Origin: an uncultured bacterium
Lineage (GTDB): Bacteria > Krumholzibacteriota > Krumholzibacteriia > LZORAL124-64-63
Assembly (NCBI GenBank): GCA_963727525.1
Contig: CAVSGO010000005.1
Location: 576,001-640,000, forward strand
Reading direction: 5' to 3'
DNA length: 64,000 nt
How positions within the stretch are numbered: position 1 is the stretch's first letter; each line of letters begins with the position of its first letter. Position numbers and translations under genes: made by a program. The notes under the pieces are model-generated. The model ran no database searches, was not told the DNA's origin, and saw nothing but the letters and a program-made list of their open reading frames with translations. Positions 39,054-49,356 of the stretch are shown in pieces.

Positions 39054-39986
39054 TCAGGCTCTGCCCAGGGCGGCAAGCGCCTGCTGGGCCGCGTCGTCGG
39101 GCGTGGATGCGCTCACGCTGACGCGGGCGATGGAACCGTCGGGCTGGCCGAGCACCGCCAGCAGCTCCACGCCGTCACCGGTGAGGCGCGCGTGGCACCC
39201 CAGGGGCAGGTTGCAGCCGCCGGCCAGACCAGCCAGCACGCCGCGCTCGGCCCGCACGCAGGTGGCGGTGGCATCGTCGTGCAGGGCGGCGAGCGCCTGT
39301 GTCACGTGCGCCGGGGCCGTCGTCGCGATCTGCAGCGCCAGCGCGCCCTGGGCCGGCGCCGGCACGAAGACCTCGGGGTCGAGCAGGCAGGTGCGCTGCG
39401 GCGCCGGATCGAGGCCAAGGCGCACGATACCGGCCTCGGCCAGAAGGATGGCGTCGTACGACCAGTCGCCCGGGTGCGTGCCCGCCAGCTTGGCCATCCG
39501 CGTGGGCACGTTGCCGCGCAGATCGACGATGACGAGGTCCGGCCGCAAGGCCCGCAGCTGCGCCACGCGGCGCGCGGAACCCGTGCCCACCCTCGCCCCC
39601 TCGCGCAGGGGGAATGCCGGGGCGTCGTCCTGCCAGGCCTCCGGCTTCACCACGAGGCACTCGCGGATGGGCCCGCGGGCGGGCACGGCCGCCACGGTGA
39701 GGCCCTCCGGCGACTCGGTGGGCAGATCCTTGTGAGAATGGACAGCAAGATCGACGCGCCCATCCAGGAGCGCGCTCTCGAGCTCCTTGGTGAACACGCC
39801 CTGGCTGCCCAGCGAATCGAGGCTACGGCTCTGGTCCTTGTCGCCGATAGTCTCGATGATGACGATATCCGTCGCGACACCGGCTCGCTGGTCGAGCAGG
39901 TCGCGGACGTGCCGGGCCTGCCACAACGCGAGGTCACTGCCGCGGGTACCCAGCCGGATCACGGGGGATGCGTCGTTCTTGTTCAT
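39054..39986 (-). CDS. hemC: Hydroxymethylbilane synthase
   Basis: GTRGSDLALWQ, GVFTKELE, AVHSHKD, LRGNV, PAPAQGAL and GGCNLP motifs. Confidence 0.96.
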   Translation of the reverse strand: MNKNDASPVIRLGTRGSDLALWQARHVRDLLDQRAGVATDIVIIETIGDKDQSRSLDSLGSQGVFTKELESALLDGRVDLAVHSHKDLPTESPEGLTVAAVPARGPIRECLVVKPEAWQDDAPAFPLREGARVGTGSARRVAQLRALRPDLVIVDLRGNVPTRMAKLAGTHPGDWSYDAILLAEAGIVRLGLDPAPQRTCLLDPEVFVPAPAQGALALQIATTAPAHVTQALAALHDDATATCVRAERGVLAGLAGGCNLPLGCHARLTGDGVELLAVLGQPDGSIARVSVSASTPDDAAQQALAALGRA

Positions 39987-40149
39987 GCTCGGAAGATAAT
40001 CGCGGAGACACCGCGAGGAAACCCGGGATTAGGAGTCGGGGATCCCGCGCGCGGCAGCCTCCGGTTGCCAACGCCGCAGACCCCAGCTACGATCAGGTGT
40101 CGATGCCCGCTCGCGGGCTGAACGTTCGTGCAGGCAAAGGAGATGGCAC

Positions 40150-41709
40150 ATGCGCCGGATCTTGGGGATGAGCCGGATCTTGGGGATGATCAGCCTGGCG
40201 GCGGCTCTGGCCCTGGCCGTGCCGGCCACGGCGGGCCCTTCCGAGGGGCGCTGGAGCGCCGGCCTCGAGTACGGGCGCTGGAAGCTCGTGGAGGGCTACT
40301 GGGACCACTCCAACATGGACTCCTTCGCCGGTCTCTCGCTGCGGCGCGGCCTCTCGCCGACCTGGACCCTGAACGTGGGATTGCGTTTCGGCACGGTACG
40401 CCCGGGCGTGGCCGATCCCACCCAGGATGCGGGCTTCACGTCGAACAGCTTCTTCGGTCTGGCCACGCAGATCTACAACCCGACGATCGATCTGCAGTAC
40501 AGCTTCCAGCCGTACTCCCGGTTCAACCCGTATGTCGGTTTCGGCCTCGGCGTCACGAGCTGGCGCGTGATCAAGATATCGCAGGACGGCACCTTCTTCC
40601 CCTCCGGCGTGACGGTGCAGGGCTTCACGACCGGCGGCGACGAGTACCAGGAACTCGCCGCCAACAGCTTCACCTTCGCGACGGAGCTGGGCGCCGAGTA
40701 CTGGGCGTCCGACAAGGTGAGCCTACGGCTGGGTGTGCGGTACCACATCTTCGCGTCGAACGACCTCGACAACATCGGTCTCAGCAGCTGGGACGCCACG
40801 CGCAATTCCGGCTACGCCGATGCGAACAAGAGCCTGCTGCAGGGATTCTTCGGCATCAGCTACTGGTTCGGCAGCAGCGACACCGATCACGACGGCATCA
40901 AGAACGACAAGGACCTCTGCCCGCGCGACGCCGAGGACTTCGACGGCTTCCAGGACGATGACGGCTGCCCCGACAACGACAACGACGGCGACGGCATCCT
41001 CGATCTCAATGATGCCTGCCCGCTCGATCCCGAGGATTTCGACGGCTACCGCGACGGCGACGGTTGTCCGGATCCCGACAACGACAACGACGGCATCATC
41101 GACGCCAACGACGCCTGCCCCGACGAGGCGGAAGATATCGACGGCTTCCAGGATTCCGACGGTTGCCCCGATCTCGACAACGACGGCGATGGCGTGCCCG
41201 ACACGGTCGACAAGTGTCCCGACACCCCCGCGGGTGTGGCCGTGGACGAGGACGGCTGCCGCGAGGAGACGCCCGCGGCGCCGGCACCGCACACCCGCCC
41301 CGCGACGCCGCCGCAGCCCACGGGACCCGTGGCCCGGTCCGCGCCCGCCGGCGAGTTGCCCACCCGCGACCAGCCGCTCATCCTCACGGGCGTGACCTTC
41401 CGCACCGGCAGCGCCGAGTTGACGCCGGAGTCGATCACGTCGCTGGCCAAGGTGGCCAGCTCGCTCAAGAGCCACCCCGACATCTGGCTCGAGGTGCGCG
41501 GCTACACCGACTCCACCGGCTCCCCCGGCATCAACCGCGCGATCAGCCAGCAGCGCGCAACCGCCGTGCGCGACGTGCTGATCCAGATGGGCGTGCCGGC
41601 GCCGCGGATCACGGCCGTCGGCTACGGCTCCGACTACCCGATCGCCGACAACTCCACTCGCGACGGCCGGGCGCAGAACCGGCGCGTGGAGCTGCACCGG
41701 CTGAAGTAG
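40150..41709 (+). CDS. OmpA-family outer-membrane protein with thrombospondin type 3 (Ca-binding) repeats
   Basis: Signal peptide, beta-barrel-like N-half, repeated D.DGDG..D..D.CP..EDFDG, and C-terminal GYTDSTG..N..S..RA..V..NRRVE. Confidence 0.92.
   Translation: MRRILGMSRILGMISLAAALALAVPATAGPSEGRWSAGLEYGRWKLVEGYWDHSNMDSFAGLSLRRGLSPTWTLNVGLRFGTVRPGVADPTQDAGFTSNSFFGLATQIYNPTIDLQYSFQPYSRFNPYVGFGLGVTSWRVIKISQDGTFFPSGVTVQGFTTGGDEYQELAANSFTFATELGAEYWASDKVSLRLGVRYHIFASNDLDNIGLSSWDATRNSGYADANKSLLQGFFGISYWFGSSDTDHDGIKNDKDLCPRDAEDFDGFQDDDGCPDNDNDGDGILDLNDACPLDPEDFDGYRDGDGCPDPDNDNDGIIDANDACPDEAEDIDGFQDSDGCPDLDNDGDGVPDTVDKCPDTPAGVAVDEDGCREETPAAPAPHTRPATPPQPTGPVARSAPAGELPTRDQPLILTGVTFRTGSAELTPESITSLAKVASSLKSHPDIWLEVRGYTDSTGSPGINRAISQQRATAVRDVLIQMGVPAPRITAVGYGSDYPIADNSTRDGRAQNRRVELHRLK
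40154..40189 (+). repeat. 18-bp tandem duplication at the 5' end of the OmpA gene
   Basis: GCCGGATCTTGGGGATGA twice, encoding RILGM twice. Confidence 0.9.
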
Positions 41710-41730
41710 CAGGCTCTTCCGGTCGCGTAC

Positions 41731-41771
41731 GAGTCAGGCCCCGGGTTTCGCGCCCCGGGGCCTGATTCTTT
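41731..41771. terminator. Hairpin terminator between convergent OmpA gene and tyrS
   Basis: GAGTCAGGCCCCGGG...CCCGGGGCCTGATTC followed by TTT. Confidence 0.75.
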
Positions 41772-41794
41772 CCGCAACCGTGGTGCCGGCGCTC

Positions 41795-43096
41795 TCACCC
41801 CACCAGCAAATGATGGTGCTTCTTCTTGCCGACCTGCAGGGCGATGCGCCCGTTGTCCACGTCGACCGCGGTGAGCGCGTGCAGCTCGCCCTCGATGACG
41901 ACGCCGTTCACCTTCACGCCCTTCTGCTGGATGAGCCGGCGCGCCTCGCCCTTGCTCTTCGCCAGGCCGCACTCGGCCAGGATCTCGATGACGGGCAGAC
42001 CATCGCCCTCGAGACGCGCGGCGTCGAGAGCGCTCGACGGCACGGAGGACTCGTCGCCGCCACCGCCAAAGAGGGCGCGCGCGGCGGTCTCGGCCTTCGC
42101 GGCCTCCTCCTCGCCATGCACGAGGGTGGTGACGGCGTGGGCGAGCGCGCGCTTGGCCTCGCGGATGTCGGCACCATCGAGCTTCTCGAGCGCCTCGATC
42201 TCGTCGCGCGGTAGCAACGTGTAGAGGCGCAGGAAGCGGGCGACGTCGCGATCGTCGACGTTGATCCAGTACTGGTAGAAGTCGTACGGACTGGTGCGCT
42301 CGGGCGAGAGCCACACCGCGCCGGCCGCGGTCTTGCCCATCTTCTCGCCGGTGGCGGTGGAGAGCAGCGGGAAGGTGAGGCCGTACACCTCCACCTGGTT
42401 GATGCGCCGGCACAGGTCCACGCCCGACACGATGTTTCCCCACTGGTCGCTGCCGCCCATCTGCAGGCGGCAGCCGTGGTCGCGGTTGAGCACATAGAAA
42501 TCGTAGGCCTGGAAGATCATGTAGTTGAACTCGAGGAACGACAGGCCCGTCTCCATGCGCAGCTTCACCGAGTCGCGCGTGAGCATCTGGTTCACGGAGA
42601 AGTGCCGGCCGACGTGGCGCAGGAACTCCACGTAGTTGAGGTCGCGCAGCCAGTCGGCATTGTTGACGAGCAGGCCGGTGTTGCCACGGGTGGCCTTGAT
42701 CACGGGGCCGTGCGGCAGGTCGCTCAGGGCGGGATCGCCGAAGTCGAGGAAACGCGCAAGCTGTCCCCGGATGCCCACCAGGTTCTCGCCGATGCGGTCC
42801 TCGGTGAGGAGCTGGCGCATCTCCGTCTTGCCGCTGGGATCACCCACCAGCGCGGTGCCGCCGCCGGCGATGGCGATGGGCCGGTGGCCGTGGCGCTGCA
42901 GGTGCACCAGGCCCATGATCGGCAACAGGCTGCCGGCGTGCAGGCTGTCGGCCGTGGGGTCGAAGCCGATGTAGCCGGTGACGGTGTCGCCCTCGAGCAG
43001 GGTGTCGAGGCCGGTCTCGTCGGTGCATTGCTGGTAGAAGCCTCGCCAGCGCATCTCCTGCAGGAAGGTCTCGTGAGGCGGCGTGTGGGTGGACAT
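41795..43096 (-). CDS. tyrS: Tyrosine--tRNA ligase
   Basis: GFDPTADSLHAG, GDPSGK, EFNYMIFQAYDF, QMGGSDQWGNI, KMGKT and S4-like C-terminus; start MSTH at 43096. Confidence 0.97.
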   Translation of the reverse strand: MSTHTPPHETFLQEMRWRGFYQQCTDETGLDTLLEGDTVTGYIGFDPTADSLHAGSLLPIMGLVHLQRHGHRPIAIAGGGTALVGDPSGKTEMRQLLTEDRIGENLVGIRGQLARFLDFGDPALSDLPHGPVIKATRGNTGLLVNNADWLRDLNYVEFLRHVGRHFSVNQMLTRDSVKLRMETGLSFLEFNYMIFQAYDFYVLNRDHGCRLQMGGSDQWGNIVSGVDLCRRINQVEVYGLTFPLLSTATGEKMGKTAAGAVWLSPERTSPYDFYQYWINVDDRDVARFLRLYTLLPRDEIEALEKLDGADIREAKRALAHAVTTLVHGEEEAAKAETAARALFGGGGDESSVPSSALDAARLEGDGLPVIEILAECGLAKSKGEARRLIQQKGVKVNGVVIEGELHALTAVDVDNGRIALQVGKKKHHHLLVG

Positions 43097-43255
43097 GAGC
43101 ACTCCCGGGTGTGTTTCGCGGATTCCTCGCGCGTGCGCGTGCCCGGTAGGATAGGACCGCCGACGCCGCGGGTAAAGTCCCGGCCGGCGGTTTCGCTGGC
43201 GCGACATGGTGGTCGCCGCGATCTTGGGAGGCTTCACCCCACCGAGCGGACCGAC

Positions 43256-44716
43256 ATGACCACCGGCACCACCGAGCGACCGGCCGCCCTGCCCTACCCC
43301 CTGCTCGAGCCCACGCCGGGCGCGAGCCCGTTGACGCACCTGCAAGTGCGGCAGGGGCGGCAGGTGCTGCGTCTGGCCTGGCCCACGGTGCTGGCCATGA
43401 TCTCGCACACCCTGATGTGGACCGTGGACACCATCCTGCTCGGCCACGTGAGCACCGCGGCCCTGGGCGCGGCGGGTCTGGGCGGCATGATCACCTGGAC
43501 CGGCTACTCCCTGGTGAACAACCAGAGCCGCATCACGGGCACGTTCGTGTCGCAGGCCTTCGGGCGCGACGACCACGCGGCCATCGGCGACTACACCTGG
43601 CAGGGCCTGTACGTGGCGCTGGTGGGCGGCTTCCTGCTGCAGCTCGCGGGCTACTTCTCGTATCTCGCGCTGCCGCTCACGCACAATCCGCCCGAGGTGC
43701 TGGACCTCGCGTACGTGTACATCAAGTGGCGCAGCGCGAGTGCCGTGTTCACGCAGGTGAGCTTCTGCCTGTCGGGCTTCTTCCAGGGTCGCCAGCGGGT
43801 GATGACGCCGATGTGGTCGGGCCTCGCGGGCAACGTCGTCAACGTCGTTCTCGACGTTTGGCTCATCTTCGGGTGGCAGGGATTCGAGCTGGCGGGACGG
43901 CGCTGGCTCGCCGTGGCCCCCATGGGCATCGAGGGCGCGGCCATCGCCACGGCCATCGGCGTCCTCGTGTCCGCGCTCGTGCTGATCGTGGCCGCGGTGA
44001 CGCCGGCCGAGTATCGCCACCGCTATCACATCGCGCGGCCGCGCCGGCCCGACCTGTCGCGGATCGCGCGCATTCTACGCGTGGGCACGCCGGCGGCGGT
44101 GGAGAATTTCACAGACATGAGCGCCTTCATGATGTTCACGGTGATCGTGGGCACCACGGGCACCGTCGCCCTGGCCACCAATCAGATCTCCGTGCAGCTC
44201 CTGAGCTTCAGCTTCATGCCCGTGTGGGGCCTCACCATCGCGGGCTCGGTGGTCACCGGCAACTGGATCGGGGCCGACCGTCCCGACCAGGCCGCCGCCT
44301 ATGCGCGCCAGGTTTACAAGGTGGGCATCTACTACCTGCTGACCCTGGCCACACTCCTGGTCACACTCGGGCCCTTGCTCTTCCGCGTCTTCTCGGACGA
44401 CCCGCGCGTCGTCGCCTTCGGCGGTGTGATCGTTCCGATCCTCGCCGCCTTCCAGATCGGCGACGGCCTGCGCATGATCTCGATCGGGGTCCTCCAGGGC
44501 GCCGGCGACACCCGCTTCCCGATGCTGGCGAGCATGGTGGTGCTGTGGCTCGGCTTCGTGCCGCTGACGTGGTATACCGTGGCCCACCGCGGCGGCGACA
44601 TCACGGCCGCATGGACCATGGGCACCATGGTCTACGCGGTGCAGGCGCTGGTGATGTACAGCCGGTTCCGCTCGGGGGCGTGGCAGCGGGCGCGGATCTT
44701 CGGGCGCGCGGCGTGA
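43256..44716 (+). CDS. MATE-family efflux transporter
   Basis: LAWP..VDTILLGH, MGIEGAAIAT and LQGAGDTRFPM motifs; about 12 TM segments. Confidence 0.9.
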   Translation: MTTGTTERPAALPYPLLEPTPGASPLTHLQVRQGRQVLRLAWPTVLAMISHTLMWTVDTILLGHVSTAALGAAGLGGMITWTGYSLVNNQSRITGTFVSQAFGRDDHAAIGDYTWQGLYVALVGGFLLQLAGYFSYLALPLTHNPPEVLDLAYVYIKWRSASAVFTQVSFCLSGFFQGRQRVMTPMWSGLAGNVVNVVLDVWLIFGWQGFELAGRRWLAVAPMGIEGAAIATAIGVLVSALVLIVAAVTPAEYRHRYHIARPRRPDLSRIARILRVGTPAAVENFTDMSAFMMFTVIVGTTGTVALATNQISVQLLSFSFMPVWGLTIAGSVVTGNWIGADRPDQAAAYARQVYKVGIYYLLTLATLLVTLGPLLFRVFSDDPRVVAFGGVIVPILAAFQIGDGLRMISIGVLQGAGDTRFPMLASMVVLWLGFVPLTWYTVAHRGGDITAAWTMGTMVYAVQALVMYSRFRSGAWQRARIFGRAA

Positions 44717-44820
44717 CGACGCCCCTGCTTCAACCGGACACATCGAACACCGCGAATCGCTCTGCCGCAGCTTGCCGGCGCCGCGCGAACGGAGCCTAGG
44801 AGCCGGGCGAGCGCCTTCGC

Positions 44821-46275
44821 TCAGTGCCCGCCCTTGCCATGCGGGATCGCGTTGCGGATCCGCAGCGCAAGAATCAACCCGACCACCGCCAGCGGCACCA
44901 TCGCCAGCGGCCATGGGCGCCAGTTCGCGGGATTCGTGGCGGGCCCGATGATGTGCCCTGCCTCGTCCAGCATCTCCTTGGGGAGGATGCCCGCATACGT
45001 GAACGACATCGCGGCGGTGCCGAGGTAGACGAAGCCGTCGATCAGGCCCACGGCGACGCCGGCGTTCTTGCTGCCGCCGAAATCCATGCTCGCCGTGCCC
45101 GAGAGCATGCCGTGCACGCCGATCACGGCCATCGACATGATGATGACCAGCCAGCCGACGAGGGGGGTCTGGTAGGCGAAGATCAGGATCACGGCGCCGG
45201 CGAGCATGACGCCGTACAGGAGCGCGGCCACCGGGCCGCGGCGGGACTGGAAGACATGGTCGCTGATCACTCCCGCGGTCAGGCCGCCGAGGATGCCGGC
45301 GCAGCACAGGAAGAGACCCCAGTGCTCGTAGACAGCGCTGCTCTTGAGGCCCAGCACGGCGTCGGTCTGCTTGGCGAAGGTCTTGAACCACTGCATGATG
45401 GCCTGGCGCAGGAAGCCGCTGCAGAACTCGATCACGGCGACCGTCATGATGATGGGGTTGCGCAGCATCTTGCCGAAGACCTGCACCGCGCCGAGCTGCG
45501 GGCCGGTGTCGCCGCTGGTGGCGTCGGCGGTGTCGAAGTCGGCGAGGCCGGCGAGGCTGGGCCTGTCGCGGACGATGAAGAGGTCGAGCAGCCAGAAGAT
45601 CCCCAGCAGCGCGGCGGGCACGAAGAAGACCCAGATCAGGCCGAAGTACTTCAGGATGGCGGCGCCCCAGTCGTAGGCGAAGTACACGCCGAGGGAGATC
45701 AGGATGCCGAAGATGGCGCCGAACACGCCGCGTTCGCGCACGTGGAACCAGGCCGAGTTCACCTTGACGATGGCCACGGCGCCGAAGCTCTGGAAATACA
45801 TGTTGAGGCCGTAGAGAATGGCGAAGATGGGCACGAAGTGCTTGAAGAACAGCGCGTGGCCAGGTCCCTGCACGAGCAGCGTCCAGGTGATCAGGCCCAT
45901 GGCGATGTTGGCGATGGCGGCGCCGCCGGCGCCCATGAGGATGGAAAAACGGCCGCCGAAGCGGTCGGTCAGTGGCCCGTTGATCACGAACGACACGCCG
46001 TAGATGATCGTGCCCACGCCGAAGATCACGCCGAAGGCCTCGTTGCCCATCATCGACCCGCCGCCACTGCCGGCGAGGTTCTCGAAGGCCGCTTTGCTCA
46101 CCGTCAGGTTGTAGCGGCCCATGTAGAGGAACGCGTAGGTCAGGCCCAGCGGGAGCCAGTTCATCACGCGGCGGCGCCGGAACGCGTCGCTGTGGCCAAG
46201 CTCGATCTTCGGCAGCCGCCACAGCACGAGGGCCACGACCCCGAGCAGGATCAGCAGGTAGAGCACGTTGGACAC
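44821..46275 (-). CDS. MFS transporter, GlpT/UhpC-like
   Basis: YMGRYNL, GPLTDRFGGR, FQSFG, WFHVRERG and AGVAVGLID motifs. Confidence 0.85.
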   Translation of the reverse strand: MSNVLYLLILLGVVALVLWRLPKIELGHSDAFRRRRVMNWLPLGLTYAFLYMGRYNLTVSKAAFENLAGSGGGSMMGNEAFGVIFGVGTIIYGVSFVINGPLTDRFGGRFSILMGAGGAAIANIAMGLITWTLLVQGPGHALFFKHFVPIFAILYGLNMYFQSFGAVAIVKVNSAWFHVRERGVFGAIFGILISLGVYFAYDWGAAILKYFGLIWVFFVPAALLGIFWLLDLFIVRDRPSLAGLADFDTADATSGDTGPQLGAVQVFGKMLRNPIIMTVAVIEFCSGFLRQAIMQWFKTFAKQTDAVLGLKSSAVYEHWGLFLCCAGILGGLTAGVISDHVFQSRRGPVAALLYGVMLAGAVILIFAYQTPLVGWLVIIMSMAVIGVHGMLSGTASMDFGGSKNAGVAVGLIDGFVYLGTAAMSFTYAGILPKEMLDEAGHIIGPATNPANWRPWPLAMVPLAVVGLILALRIRNAIPHGKGGH

Positions 46276-46289
46276 GGGTCGCTCCTCGG

Positions 46290-48650
46290 TCAGGGCGTGG
46301 GCGCGGCCGGCGCGGTTTCCGTCGCGTCGATCGCCACCTCGGTTCTCTTGATGACCACCAGCGTGATGTCGTCGCCGGCGGGGGCGCCGGCCAGGTGGTT
46401 CTGGACGGCGGTGAGGATGGCCTCACGGATGGTGAAGGCCGGCTGGGTGTGAACGGCCTGGACGATGGCGAGCAAGCCCTCCTCGCCGAACATCTCGCCG
46501 AATTCAGCGTCGTCGTCCCCCAGGGCCATGCCGGGACTGGGCGCCTCCGCCTCGGTGATGCCATCGGTGTACAGCACGAGCACATCGCCCGGCGCGAGGT
46601 CGATCGATACCTCCGGATAGTCGATATGCGGCATCATGCCCAGGAGCAGGCCGCCCTCCTCCAGCCACTGCGACGTGCCGTCGGCCCGCACCAGCAGGGC
46701 GGGATTGTGGCCCGCGTTCGCGCAGGTGAAATGGCCGCTCGCCGTATCGAGCACGCCGTAGAAGAAGCTGGCGAACATATGCGTGTCGGTGGACAGCACG
46801 AGCAGGTCGTTGATGCGCTCCACCACCTCGTCCACGCTGGCCGGATGGATGACCTGGCCCTGCAGACTCGCCTGCAGGTTGGCCATGAGCAGCGCTGCCG
46901 GCATGCCCTTGCCCGACACGTCGCCGATGGCCACGCCCAGACTGCCGTCGCCGCGGGCGAGGAAGTCGAAGTAGTCGCCGCCCACCTGGCGGCTGGGGAT
47001 GCTCTTGCCCGTGACCTCGAAGCCTGCCAGCAGCGGCTCCTGAGCGGGCAGCAGGCGCGTCTGGATCTCGCGCGCCGTCTCCATCTCCTGCTGCAGGCGC
47101 TGGCGCGCGAGGGCATGCTCGCGCCCCTCCTTCACGGCCTCCGTCATCTCGTTGAAGCTGTCGGCGAGGTCGCCCAGCTCGTCCTCGTTGGGCACCTCGA
47201 TCAGGGCGTCGAGATCGCCCGTCGCGAGGCGCCGCGTGCCACGGTGCAACTCGCGCACCGCGCCGAGGATTCCGCCGGTGATGCGCAGACCGAAGATGAG
47301 GGCAAAGACCTCGATCGCCAGCAGCAGGAAGGCGACGAAGCCGAGCCCGAACATGATGGCCTTGTTGAACTCGTTGCGGCCGCCCACGAACTCGTCCTTG
47401 AGATCCGCGAGGCTGGTCGACAGCGTCAGCAGCACGTTGTCGTCTCCCACGCGAGCGCCGTCGAACGTGAGTACGGTGAGGATGGACCCGCCGAAGTACA
47501 GCGGACGGTGCCAGAGGTCGGCTCCGGACGCGCGCGGGCGGTAGGTGCCGTGCAAGCCGGAGCCGAGGTCGACCGTGTTCTCCCCGGCAGCGACGGTGAT
47601 CCTGTTCTTCTTCGTCTTGTCCTGCTTGGTCTCGTCCTTCTTGGTCTCGTCGCGGTCGGCCGCCACGGGGCTGGAGTCGGTACCGTGCAAGGCGACATCG
47701 GCACGCAGGACGCGGGCCAGCTCATCGAGGGCCGGCTTACCGAGCCGCGCGCCGTCGAGTCGGGCGCCGCCGGGACCGGCGTCGTGCAATCGTACGAGCC
47801 AGATGGCGCCGTCCGCATCGAGGAGGCAGGTGGAGTCGGCGGTCGCGGCGCCGCCGGGTCGCAGGTGGCGCAGCCCGGTCACGAGGTCATGCGTCCACTG
47901 GGGAGCGTCAACGCCGCCGAGTTCCTCCTCCCACACGAAACGATCGGCGGTCGGCACGCTCGTCAGCTCGCCGCGCCGGGCGAATTCCTGCACCCAGGAC
48001 GCCACGATGTCGCCGCCACGATTGGCGCGACTCCCCCCGAGCGTTGCCCAGGCAGCCAGGAGGCCGAAGACGAGGAGGATCAGCAGGGGCACGATGCCGA
48101 TAAGCACGCCGGCGATCGCCAGCTTGGGCCGCAGGCGCAGGAAGTGCAGGCGCATGCGGATCATGAGGTGCAGCAGGCTCTGGATCCAGAAGGCGACGAG
48201 CATCCAGCGCACGGCCTGCGCGAACTGGTAGGTCCGCCCGTCTCCCGGGTGCGGGCTCAGCACGAGCAGCAGCAGAAGCACCACCCAGGCGAGGGCGAAG
48301 GCCAGCGCGCGGTGTCGGCTCGCGAGCCGGCGGTGCGCGCCCACGCCGCGCAAGAGAACGAGACCGGCGAGGATGGCGCCCGCGATGAGGCCGCCCCGGG
48401 CGAATGCCGTGGCGGCATACACCACCCCCGCGATGATGACCACCACCAGCGCCGCGCGGCGACGGTGCAGACCCAGCCATGCGTAACGCATCGACACCAG
48501 GAGCGCGGCGGCCCAGGGCACGACTGCGAGCTTCGCCAGCAGGGGCGTGCTGGCCCCGAGGCTGGCGGCCGTGGCGCCCACGGTGAGCGCCATGGCCACG
48601 AGCAGCGTGCGCCACGCCGCAGCCGAGGTGGGATCGGGCAGCGATTTCAA
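46290..48650 (-). CDS. Membrane HAMP + SpoIIE/PP2C phosphatase (RsbU-like)
   Basis: DELGDLADSFNEM (HAMP), VGGDYFD, IGDVSGKG, NAGHNP, LYTDGITEA and DDITLV motifs; probable TTG start overlapping the upstream stop. Confidence 0.9.
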   Translation of the reverse strand: MKSLPDPTSAAAWRTLLVAMALTVGATAASLGASTPLLAKLAVVPWAAALLVSMRYAWLGLHRRRAALVVVIIAGVVYAATAFARGGLIAGAILAGLVLLRGVGAHRRLASRHRALAFALAWVVLLLLLVLSPHPGDGRTYQFAQAVRWMLVAFWIQSLLHLMIRMRLHFLRLRPKLAIAGVLIGIVPLLILLVFGLLAAWATLGGSRANRGGDIVASWVQEFARRGELTSVPTADRFVWEEELGGVDAPQWTHDLVTGLRHLRPGGAATADSTCLLDADGAIWLVRLHDAGPGGARLDGARLGKPALDELARVLRADVALHGTDSSPVAADRDETKKDETKQDKTKKNRITVAAGENTVDLGSGLHGTYRPRASGADLWHRPLYFGGSILTVLTFDGARVGDDNVLLTLSTSLADLKDEFVGGRNEFNKAIMFGLGFVAFLLLAIEVFALIFGLRITGGILGAVRELHRGTRRLATGDLDALIEVPNEDELGDLADSFNEMTEAVKEGREHALARQRLQQEMETAREIQTRLLPAQEPLLAGFEVTGKSIPSRQVGGDYFDFLARGDGSLGVAIGDVSGKGMPAALLMANLQASLQGQVIHPASVDEVVERINDLLVLSTDTHMFASFFYGVLDTASGHFTCANAGHNPALLVRADGTSQWLEEGGLLLGMMPHIDYPEVSIDLAPGDVLVLYTDGITEAEAPSPGMALGDDDAEFGEMFGEEGLLAIVQAVHTQPAFTIREAILTAVQNHLAGAPAGDDITLVVIKRTEVAIDATETAPAAPTP

Positions 48651-49336
48651 CGGATACCGTGGTCCTTCTTGTACTCGGCCCAGTGGCTCTTCAGGTGAAC
48701 GAATGCCGCGAAATCGTCGCACAAGAGAAACGGATTGTGAAGCCGTTCGTGACCGATCGTCGATGTGGCCATGGCGCCTTCGCCGCCGTAATAGTCGTGG
48801 CCGGGGAATACCCGCACGTTGTCGGGCAGTGCGAGCAGGCGGTGGAGCGATTCCCACTCCTTCTCGGCCGACGACCCGGGGAAGTACGAGCCGGTGCCGC
48901 CGACCTTGCCGCAGAACAGCAGATCGCCAGTGACGAGGATGTCCTCGCAAAGGAAACAGAAGTGGTCGGCGGTGTGACCGGGCGTGCTCAGCGCCTCGAC
49001 CCGCAGGGCGCCAACGGCCAGCACGTCGCCGTCGACGAGGCTGAGCGCGCCGGACACGCGCTCGCCGGCACCGGCATGGACCCTGGCATCGGTGAAATCG
49101 ACCAGCCTCGCCACGCCGCCCACGTGATCGCCATGGCCATGGGTGAGCAGGATGCGGGTGACGTTGAGCCCGCGCTTGCCGCACACCCGCGCCAGGGTGT
49201 CGGGATCGTGGCCGGGGTCGAAGACCGCTGCCTCGTGGCTTGCCGGATCGGCGAGCACGTAGCAGAAGTTGCGGTCGCCACCGAGATGGAGCTGCAGGAA
49301 GGTGGCGGCGGCGGTCGAGTGATCGTGCAAGATCAT
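48647..49336 (-). CDS. Metallo-beta-lactamase-fold hydrolase (glyoxalase II-like)
   Basis: THGHGDHVGG, TPGHT, TGDLLF, FPGHDY and NPFL motifs. Confidence 0.9.
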   Translation of the reverse strand: MILHDHSTAAATFLQLHLGGDRNFCYVLADPASHEAAVFDPGHDPDTLARVCGKRGLNVTRILLTHGHGDHVGGVARLVDFTDARVHAGAGERVSGALSLVDGDVLAVGALRVEALSTPGHTADHFCFLCEDILVTGDLLFCGKVGGTGSYFPGSSAEKEWESLHRLLALPDNVRVFPGHDYYGGEGAMATSTIGHERLHNPFLLCDDFAAFVHLKSHWAEYKKDHGIR

Positions 49337-49356
49337 GCATCACCTCGCGATCGGGG

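Noticed and set aside
40870-41260. Repetitive GACGGC/GACAACGAC DNA as a CRISPR array or VNTR
   Set aside because: Explained by coding thrombospondin type 3 repeats; no identical repeats with unique spacers and no cas genes.
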